A stretch of DNA of 64,000 nt from Williopsis jadinii (Eukaryota): assembly GCA_024346625.1 (NCBI GenBank), contig AP024664.1, positions 2,852,001-2,916,000 on the forward strand, given 5' to 3'. The notes beneath the pieces are model-generated. The model worked only from the letters and a program-made list of their open reading frames with translations, was not told the origin of the DNA and made no database searches. Below, one piece after another: positions 55,755 to 64,000 of this stretch; positions within the stretch are counted from its first letter, which is position 1; every line of letters starts with the position of its first letter. A program made the position numbers and the translations under genes.

Positions 55755-58700
55755 CTAGTTGATTGGGACATTTGGTCCTTGAGCCGTGTTGGCTCTGGAG
55801 AAGGAAACATACTTCTCGAATGGGTTCTTTCTCTCCAAATCGTACTCTGGGTTGTGAGATCTTTCCTTCTTAAAGTACACTCTCTTGAAGAACTTGTAAA
55901 CCTCACATCCAAGCCAGAATGCAACTGTAGTAGCAACAGATATACCCCACTCTTTACCAATTGGACCGTGTAAGAACACTTTCTTGTTGATAACTGGAAT
56001 GTAGACAACTGGGAAACAAGAGATGAAACCACCAACAACTGACCAGAACAGGAATTGATTAGACCACAAATCTCTAAACACTTGAGTGTATGGGGTATCG
56101 GTCTCTGGTTTCATGGCAAAGAGAGAACGTCTCATATCAATCACTTCCCAAGCAAGAACCAAAGCTCCCCAGGTCATAGTTCCAAATGTACAAGAACGGG
56201 CACGGAAGACCCAGTCACAGACACTCGTGGCACTAGTGCTGTTACAATCATAGCCAAAGTTACCATCACCCCAAGCGTACATAACGATAACAAAGGCAGC
56301 CAGACACGCAATCGCCAACATGATACCATAAGCAACCAAGTCCACAATCATTTCCCAAGAGAAAACGGATTCATTAGCAGGTTTTGGATCTCTCTCCATG
56401 ACATCTGGTTGGGCAGCCTCAACACCAAGACCCATGGCTGGGAAACACGATGTAATAACAATAATCCACAGCACTTCAACTGGGGACAACGGGAAGACAG
56501 AGACTCCGTTCTCGTCTTTGAACACCAAACCAATCATCAAGAACAAAGCCTGACAGAAATTCTCAGCAAGTAACTGAAGGACAAATTTCTGAATGTTGTC
56601 GTTCATTCTTCTACCTTCCTCAATACCATTCATGATGGAGGCAAAGTTATCATCACTGAGAACAATATCAGACGCATCCTTAGCAACATCTGAACCTGCA
56701 ATACCCATAGCAATACCAACATCAGCCTTTTTCAAAGAAGGCGAGTCATTAACACCATCACCAGTCATGGCACAGAATTTCTTACGACGATGAAGCGCAT
56801 CAATCATACGCACTTTAGTCTTTGGAGAACAACGAGCAATAACCAACGGCAGGACTGGAAGTTGATCAATTTCATCTTCAGACAAATCATCAAATTGCTT
56901 AGCAGTCATAACCATAGCATCAACAACATCCTGGGCGTAGTGGTACAAGTTGTGTGGTAAGATACCAACTTCCTGTGCAATAGCTCTGGCAGTACCTGGG
57001 TGATCACCAGTCAACATATGAACATTAATACCAGCCTTGTGACACTTTTTGACAGCACCACGAGATTCAAGACGTGGAGGATCGTAGATACCAACCAAAC
57101 CAAGGAAAGTGAGTTGTTCTTCAACAGACTCACGTTGAGAAATGTCAAAATCAGATGGGACAACTCTGGAGGCAAATGCCAACACACGCAAACCTTCCGA
57201 GGACATAGTATTCATGTTTTCTTCAATCTTTGCAACGTCATCAGCAGTGAGCTCAGTCAATTCACCGTTAACATACCAGTTGATGCAAGTTTGGATAACA
57301 CGTTCAACAGCACCCTTTGTGTAGATATATTTACTCTTTTCGTCGTTCTTCTTAGCGTAGATGGCAGACATCTTCTTCACAGACGAATCGAATGGGAACT
57401 CGGCGAGGTGCTTGTATTGGGCATCATCCCCCTCAGTGAATTGTTCTCTTGCATAGTTGTTTCTGTGGGCAAAGACTTGAATGGCAATCTCTGTTGGGTC
57501 ACCGTGTGCTTTCCACTCACCTTGGTTGTCTTGGAAAACAGTTGCAATGTTTGCCAAAGTAGCAGTCTCAAGCCACTTGTCAAAGAGATCGTTTGGTTTG
57601 CACTCGTTCAAAACTGAATCTTTTTCATCTTCAGACTGTGACAAATCGTATGGAGAAAGTCCCTGGAATTTAACGGTTCCAAGTGTTGGGTTGAATGGCT
57701 CGTTGGCGTCAATGACTTGATAAGTTCCGACAGATGGAATCCAGCATGACTTGACAATCATCTTACCTTGAGTCAAAGTACCAGTCTTATCAGAACAGAT
57801 ATCGTTGATGGAGCCCAATGCTTCAAGAGAATCCAGCTTTCTAACAATAACGTGTTTACTTGACATAACCTTTGCACCAACAGACATGGTGATTGTAAGC
57901 ACAACAACCAATGAGGATGGAATCATGGAGACAGCAACACAGATAGCGTAGATTGCAATTTCATTCGTGACACGGAATTCCTGTGTAGCCATGACGATGA
58001 TCGCAAAGATAACCGCAATGATGAAGAGAAGAATGGCCAATTTGGACAACTTTCTAGAGAGAGGAGTACCAACTGTAGTACCCAAGAAAGAACCAATACC
58101 ATGCTTGGTCAACTGCCACAAGTTCTGCAAAGTAGAGGTTTCCCCATCACCTTTCAATGATCTTTTTGAGTTCTTCAGAGACTGGGCAATCTCACCAATC
58201 TCAGTGTTCAAACCAGTCTTGACAACGATACCAGTAGCACGACCTTTAGTGACAATGGAGGAGGAGAATGCCATGTTTAGACGGTCACCAACTCCAACTA
58301 CATCATCGTAGACAACTGTGTGGTCCTTAACCACGGGCAAGGATTCACCTGTGAGCAGGGCCTCATCGGTCTCAAAGTTCAAGGAATCGATAATTCTGAA
58401 ATCAGCTGGGACCGTATCACCAACTTTAACTTCTACAATGTCACCTGGGACAACGTACTTGGTTGGGATGGTGGCCAATTCACCATCTCTATATGCCTTT
58501 GCAGTAGGCGAAGAGAGCGACTTTAGCGAGTTCATGGTCTTGGAGGCCTTGTACTCTTGGAATGAGCCGATGGACACATTGATGAAAACGACAAAGGCAA
58601 TGACACCACCAGAGATCCAATCCTGAATACCCAGACAAATGGCCATGGAGATAATAAGCACAAGAATCATGGCGTTGAAAGACTGATGGATGATAATACT

Positions 58701-58943
58701 AGCAAGCGAGATCTTCTGATCATCACCAAGAGTATTTTCGCCATACTGCTTAAGCAACTCTTCCGCTCTGCGCGTTGTTAATCCTTCCTGGACATCTGTG
58801 TTGTAGAGTTCCTCCACCTGTTTCAGGGGCATACGGTAGTGGTCCAACCCCCATAGCTGTGATCCGATAGAGGAAGTATCGGTATTTTTCGTCATAACGG
58901 TTTGATTTCTGTTCAACTTGTCATCTTCTAGTTGAGCAGACAT
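55755..58943 (-). CDS. ENA1: P-type IID Na+/K+ efflux ATPase
   Basis: DEALLTGES, ICSDKTGTLTQGKM, MLTGDHPGTA, MTGDGVNDSPS and AWEVIDMRRS. First ATG at 58943. Confidence 0.95.
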   Translation of the reverse strand: MSAQLEDDKLNRNQTVMTKNTDTSSIGSQLWGLDHYRMPLKQVEELYNTDVQEGLTTRRAEELLKQYGENTLGDDQKISLASIIIHQSFNAMILVLIISMAICLGIQDWISGGVIAFVVFINVSIGSFQEYKASKTMNSLKSLSSPTAKAYRDGELATIPTKYVVPGDIVEVKVGDTVPADFRIIDSLNFETDEALLTGESLPVVKDHTVVYDDVVGVGDRLNMAFSSSIVTKGRATGIVVKTGLNTEIGEIAQSLKNSKRSLKGDGETSTLQNLWQLTKHGIGSFLGTTVGTPLSRKLSKLAILLFIIAVIFAIIVMATQEFRVTNEIAIYAICVAVSMIPSSLVVVLTITMSVGAKVMSSKHVIVRKLDSLEALGSINDICSDKTGTLTQGKMIVKSCWIPSVGTYQVIDANEPFNPTLGTVKFQGLSPYDLSQSEDEKDSVLNECKPNDLFDKWLETATLANIATVFQDNQGEWKAHGDPTEIAIQVFAHRNNYAREQFTEGDDAQYKHLAEFPFDSSVKKMSAIYAKKNDEKSKYIYTKGAVERVIQTCINWYVNGELTELTADDVAKIEENMNTMSSEGLRVLAFASRVVPSDFDISQRESVEEQLTFLGLVGIYDPPRLESRGAVKKCHKAGINVHMLTGDHPGTARAIAQEVGILPHNLYHYAQDVVDAMVMTAKQFDDLSEDEIDQLPVLPLVIARCSPKTKVRMIDALHRRKKFCAMTGDGVNDSPSLKKADVGIAMGIAGSDVAKDASDIVLSDDNFASIMNGIEEGRRMNDNIQKFVLQLLAENFCQALFLMIGLVFKDENGVSVFPLSPVEVLWIIVITSCFPAMGLGVEAAQPDVMERDPKPANESVFSWEMIVDLVAYGIMLAIACLAAFVIVMYAWGDGNFGYDCNSTSATSVCDWVFRARSCTFGTMTWGALVLAWEVIDMRRSLFAMKPETDTPYTQVFRDLWSNQFLFWSVVGGFISCFPVVYIPVINKKVFLHGPIGKEWGISVATTVAFWLGCEVYKFFKRVYFKKERSHNPEYDLERKNPFEKYVSFSRANTAQGPNVPIN

Positions 58944-59025
58944 CCTGTAATGTTTGTCCTTTTTTAAAGGTTTACTTAGTTGAGGAGACAAACGTTAATG
59001 GTTGGCTTCTAAAAGGTGGGCAGCC

Positions 59026-59855
59026 CTTGGCCTTTTTATAATTTTGTCTCAACCATCCATGTCCACTTGGCAAAAGGCATGATCACAAATCATGTCCTTC
59101 AAATGGTTGTATCGTAACGTACAAAACTTGTTCGTTGTGTTAATTTTGTCTTGGCCCCAAAGGAACTGCATATGCTGAGCTGCAGGCAGCAAACATATTA
59201 ACGGAATTAGAGTTTGAACTTACTTTTGTGACAAAGTTGCAATTCGAAGTCGAGAGGAGAAAAAGAAAAAGGATGCCAAAACGCGAACTTTTCAACCAAT
59301 ATTGTGATGTAATATAGAGTGGCTGAAAGAGATTAATACACCACGTCATGACATTTCAACTGCGCTGGTGTTGTAACTCAGTTGGTGTTACTATGACGTA
59401 TAAGTCAGATGGTGAATTACACAGGGCCAAATCTGAGTTGTATATACAGCCATGACTCTAATGGAGACATGTGAAATCGACTAAACTATAATACTCAATG
59501 GGGTTTCAGATTACCTTTGGAATCGTCTTCAAAAGCTGCCAGGAGACAAACAACCATAACGCTGCACATGCGATTTAGTGCAACAATGTTGGATGACCGC
59601 GTCACATCAATTGCTCAGCGCTTTGAATTAAGTCACAAGGACATGAGATTCTTTATCCAGGATGCTTGATTGGAACGGTTGAAGTGATGCTGTTTCCAAT
59701 TGACTTGTTTAGTCCTGTTTCCTATACATTTCCTTGATTGAAAAACACTAGCCTCATACGCTCCACTACTGACAAGAAAAGAAGACTGTTGGTGCAGGAA
59801 AACGTGTCGATCAATTTCATGCACGTGACCCCTCCTGTGTCCCCTCCTGTGTCCC
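59026..59855. promoter_or_regulatory. ENA upstream region with Rim101-, Crz1-, CRE- and Nrg1/STRE-like sites
   Basis: GCCAAG three times on the minus strand (59026, 59066, 59150), GTGGCTG at 59319, ACGTCA at 59343, TGACGTA at 59394, AGCCTC at 59750 and CCCCT twice in 59829-59845. Confidence 0.55.
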
Positions 59856-61369
59856 GTTGGGAAAGATAACGTTTCTTTTTGTTTCTTCTCACTCTAAAAG
59901 TTACAGAAAATGTTCCAAAAACAGTAAAGTGGGGCGAAAAAGTATGGGAAATTAGATCAGACCGCGGAAATGATTTTTTCGGGACATTTGCTGCAAGGTC
60001 GTGGGTTTACTCAGATGCCGGCTTTTCTCCCAGACAATTTACGAGCTGTGTGGGCTGTTCTGCTATGACGAAATGACTAGAGTAGTAAATTTAGTACATC
60101 CGACGACAACTAGTCTCATTATTTTGATAAAAGTTAGCTATCACAAATGTTTAGTTGATTCATCAAACGGTGTACTATTTTCCGCTATCACATGTGCCGT
60201 AGATTGGCCACGGGTCCAGCTTCTTTCTCGGCATGTCCCAGGAATCATAGACATATTTGTCTTGACCATGTGTGCTGTGGCTTGTCGCCTCTGGGCATTT
60301 TATATGGGTTAACTGTACCGTGGGTATAATTATTTCAACGGTGGCACTGTGTACAAGAATGCCTAGCAAAACTAGAGGGAAAGGAAGTGTCCCAGTACAC
60401 AGCGATCCGAGTCATCCTTACAACGTTCACTTTGTAATTGCGATTTCCAATTCAACCACTGGTTTATCAATGGTATCGTAGGACGTGGGATCCCAACTTT
60501 TTATACGGCTGATGATGATGTGCTCGCAAGTGTGATAGAAAACGCTATCAATCATACGCAGATCATCTACATATCTCTACTTGCTGTCCTGATTGCTAAA
60601 ATGACCCTATGATCTGCGAATTTACATTTATCATTTGAGGTGGACGAAACGACTGCGCTATTCCGTCTGTCACTATTTCATGAACGCCGTTAACGAAGTT
60701 TGTGAGAACATCATTCTGTTCTAGATATATGGATCCACATAAAAATGCATCAATCTCAACACTGTTGTTCGATTGTGTGCATGATAATGTTCCATAACCT
60801 GATATTCTAAAGTTGTCATTGCAATGTGGTAATTAGAACTACCCGAAGCGCAACCTGAAACCACCAACAGTTTGTTTCGGATCCATACATCAACAATTCG
60901 CAAAACGAAGCAGCCTACTTGTCCTAGCCAAGCAATCTATCGCTCAAGAACAATTCCGTGGATAAGAACCCTAAAATAGCCGACTAAAGTCTGGATTCAG
61001 AAACATTTGCTTCGCACTAGGAGATTGTGCTAGTACCCGGAGCACTTCAATCGGGCCAAGATTCTAAGTTCAGGCGCTTGGTAGAAGACAGCTTAAGTGG
61101 AGTTCACGGGCTTCCGAAGTTCGAACCCATGAGCATAAGAGACATTTGTCTTATTGAATAATCTACAAGCACCAAATTGTGATGATTCAAATCAAATATA
61201 ATAATGGGCATACTATGTAGTGGTGATGTTTTCTTTGTGCTTTTGATACACATTTGAGGATGGAATACTTTCAACTTGCTTTGTTTCCTTCTCCTCCTTC
61301 TTTTTTTGGTTTGGTTCTCTTGATGTTCATAAATATATTTAGTTAAAAATGATCCAATCGGACACACAT

Positions 61370-63457
61370 TCATTCTGAAAGCTTCTTCTCCTTTTTCTCG
61401 TCATCTTCCAGAAGCTCTCTGTCCAAGTCCAAGTTCTCCTGGATGTTCCACAACTCGCCATAGAGACTACCCTCTTTCTTCAAGAGAGACTGGTGATCAC
61501 CTTCCTCCTTAACTTCACCCTTCTCTAAAACAATGATCTTATCGCTATCAGCTATAGTTCTCAATCTATGGGCAATGGAGACATTGGTGTTACCGGTGTT
61601 CTTGAAAACACCGCGTATCGTTCTCAACAGACTTTGTTCAGTGTGGGTATCAAGGGCACTTGTAGCTTCGTCGAAAAACGTGATTGGCGATTTCTTCAAC
61701 AACACTCTGGCAATGGCAAGTCTTTGTTTTTCACCTCCAGATATCATCATACCACGTTCACCTACAATGGTTTGTAAACCATCAGGTAAATCGTTAACCA
61801 ATCTATCCAATTTGGCCTCAGATATGACACGGTTAACTTCTTCGTCACTTGATTCCAAATTACCATAGCGCACATTTTCGAGAATTGTGTCATTGAACAA
61901 AGGTGTATCCTGCGGAACAACACCAATAGCACGTCTCAAAGATTCCAAATCGACATCACGGATATCTTGACCGTCAATAAGGATCCGACCGGACTGGATA
62001 TCGTAGAATCTGAAAACAAGACGGAGAATGGTAGACTTACCACTGCCAGAAGGGCCAACAATGGCAACCTTCTCACCACCTGGTATGACAAACGAACAGT
62101 TATTCAAAATTGGACGTTGTGGGTGATATCCAAACGTGACGTTTTCGAATCTGATTTCTCCTTTCTTCAACATCAAAGGTGGCGCATTTGGTTTACTCGT
62201 GATGAGCACTTGATTCTTCTGCAATTGGAACAGAGTCTCCATGTCCAACAATGACTGTTTCAACTCCCTGTAAACAGAGCCCAAAAAGTTCAAAGGCACT
62301 GACAGTTGGAACACCAACTGGTTAATCAACACCAAGTCACCAACCGTTAAGGAACCTGAAGCAACACCATCAGCAGCCATATACATCATTGCTGTCAACG
62401 CTGACGTGAAGATCAAGTTTTGGCCAGAGTTCAGGAAAGCAAGAGAAGTGGCAATTTTAATGGAGAAGTCCTGGTATTTTTGCAGAGCCATGTCGTACTT
62501 CTTTGCCTGATAAGCCTCGTTGTTGAAATACTTGACACTTTCAAAGTTAATCAAGGAATCAAGTGCAACGCTTGCAGCCTTATTGTCGGCGTTGTTTGCT
62601 CTTCTTCTGAATCCAGTTCTCCAAGCAGTTGTTCTGATGGTGAATATACTGTATGCCAACATGGTGAGTAGAGTAACAGCAGCAAAGTTCATACCATAGT
62701 TATACGTCAAGATACCAGACACAACAGAGATTTCAAAAGTAATCGGCAGGATATGGAACACCATGGCAGTTAACACATAGCTAATACCCTTTGTACCACG
62801 GTCGATTGCTCTTGTTAACCCACCTGTCTGTCTGCTCAAGTGGAATCCCAAATCCAAGTTGAGCAAATGTCTAAACGTATTATGTGCCACTTTTCTGATT
62901 GCACTCTGGGAAACAGTTGCGAAGATGGCATTTCTCAGCTCTCCAAAGAGCACTGCACCGAATCTTGCACCACCGTACGCTAAGATTGTACCCCCGATGA
63001 TTGTAGACACCAAGCCAACCTCGTTGGTCCAGTCGATATTCATACCGTCAATGATAGACTTGAAGTAGAACGGCACCTGAACGTTGAGCAACTTTGCAAG
63101 CACAAGGAAAGACAGCGCCACAACAACACGTACTTTGAACCCAAAGTTATTCTTTGGCCATAGGTACGACATCAAGTGTCTTATGATCTTCCACTGGGAT
63201 AAGCGCGGGTGCTGCTTTGGACCGTTCGGAAGCGCGTTATCACTTGAAGCCTTTAACAATGGTCTTGACGTGTGTAGTTGTCGCTGGCAGTGTGATTTGA
63301 CGGGCTGGGTTGGCAATCTCAAAGAATGCACATTAAACACCTTCAACTGGAATAAGTGTGGCTTTGTGGATAACAGCCTCTTTGAGCTTGTGCCTATTGG
63401 AGACCTCAATTGTCTCAGTGCTAAGGTGAGATGAGATACACCGCAGTTGAGCCTCAT
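61370..63457 (-). CDS. ATM1: Mitochondrial ABC transporter Atm1
   Basis: [51 protein letters not shown] and DEATSALD. Confidence 0.97.
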   Translation of the reverse strand: MRLNCGVSHLTLALRQLRSPIGTSSKRLLSTKPHLFQLKVFNVHSLRLPTQPVKSHCQRQLHTSRPLLKASSDNALPNGPKQHPRLSQWKIIRHLMSYLWPKNNFGFKVRVVVALSFLVLAKLLNVQVPFYFKSIIDGMNIDWTNEVGLVSTIIGGTILAYGGARFGAVLFGELRNAIFATVSQSAIRKVAHNTFRHLLNLDLGFHLSRQTGGLTRAIDRGTKGISYVLTAMVFHILPITFEISVVSGILTYNYGMNFAAVTLLTMLAYSIFTIRTTAWRTGFRRRANNADNKAASVALDSLINFESVKYFNNEAYQAKKYDMALQKYQDFSIKIATSLAFLNSGQNLIFTSALTAMMYMAADGVASGSLTVGDLVLINQLVFQLSVPLNFLGSVYRELKQSLLDMETLFQLQKNQVLITSKPNAPPLMLKKGEIRFENVTFGYHPQRPILNNCSFVIPGGEKVAIVGPSGSGKSTILRLVFRFYDIQSGRILIDGQDIRDVDLESLRRAIGVVPQDTPLFNDTILENVRYGNLESSDEEVNRVISEAKLDRLVNDLPDGLQTIVGERGMMISGGEKQRLAIARVLLKKSPITFFDEATSALDTHTEQSLLRTIRGVFKNTGNTNVSIAHRLRTIADSDKIIVLEKGEVKEEGDHQSLLKKEGSLYGELWNIQENLDLDRELLEDDEKKEKKLSE

Positions 63458-63856
63458 TTCACACAGCTTTTTCCAACTGAGTCCCTTGATTGAGAGAAGG
63501 ATCTAGCAGACGACAAAGATTATGGCTGTTTATTGGCGGGTTTTTTCCCATGAGATTTCCACACGCTTCTGTGCTGTGGGTTTTTGTTGCCGATCGCGGA
63601 ATTAGAACATCTGTGTTTGCTTGTTGCTATGGGAACAGCTCTACATCTAAGTCGTATAAAGCTATTTGGTGCTATCATGCGATGAATTGATAGTTGATGT
63701 GTTCTACAGTGCGCAATGTAATCTCATTAGATCGTTTATGTTGAACTGCATGTTTCATCGTTATGTGTGATTCAATGTGGAACAAGAGCATGGGGTCAAC
63801 AGTCGCCGAGCATGGGGACTTATGTCTACGTCCAATGTATGTGGAAAGAACTAATC

Positions 63857-64000
63857 TCACTTCCAGAACCACCAGCCTCTATTCTGTCTTTGTTCCAGTG
63901 CCAGTTCCTTTTCTTGTAATTGCACAAGTTTCGTCTCCAGTTCCTTGAGTTTCTCATCCTTCTCGATGTCCACAGCGTAGTTCGTCAATCCGACACCCAA
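63857..64000 (-). CDS. 3' end of an unidentified protein entering from the right edge
   Basis: Open frame LGVGLTNYAVDIEKDEKLKELETKLVQLQEKELALEQRQNRGWWFWK* with a coiled coil and an aromatic tail. Confidence 0.6.
   Translation of the reverse strand: MGVGLTNYAVDIEKDEKLKELETKLVQLQEKELALEQRQNRGWWFWK

Noticed and set aside
1..64000. Transposons, LTRs, tRNA/rRNA genes and CRISPR arrays
   Set aside because: I recognised no gag/pol or transposase motif, cloverleaf or repeat-spacer array; degenerate relics could be missed by eye.

Overview
Eukaryotic DNA from a budding yeast (Saccharomycotina). The standard code applies (CTG sits at conserved Leu positions) and short introns with degenerate splice signals are frequent, which suggests a Phaffomycetaceae-like yeast such as Cyberlindnera or Wickerhamomyces (inference). 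About 34 protein-coding genes, mostly housekeeping and largely co-syntenic with S. cerevisiae YPL005-008/YFR002-003 and YLR26x-29x/YOR16x-17x: NCR1 (partial), AEP3, CTS1, EFM7, RPS30, a DUF202 protein, a Kre1-domain mini-protein, COQ11, DBP9, a Mn-type CDF, GAC1/PIG1-like, RED1, GLN4, RPS28, RPL34, SWT1, NEJ1, SEY1, GET4, DDP1, WDR70-like, an F-box protein, a class II aldolase, ALG14, SEC22, TFC8, an unknown protein, CHL1, NIC96, YPI1, ICT1/ECM18-like, ENA1, ATM1 and a partial CDS at the right edge. I reconstructed ten introns in eight genes by hand; the ORF track misses RPS30 and RPS28. I found no tRNA, rRNA, transposon or CRISPR array. Most notable observations: a URS1 (Ume6) element overlapping the branch point of the RED1 intron, a 64-nt antisense CDS overlap between GET4 and an extended DDP1, a Kre1 protein with no GPI signal, Rap1 plus Homol-D sites in ribosomal-protein promoters, and unexplained multi-kb gene-free intervals. 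Gene identities come from recalled motifs and synteny, not from database searches.
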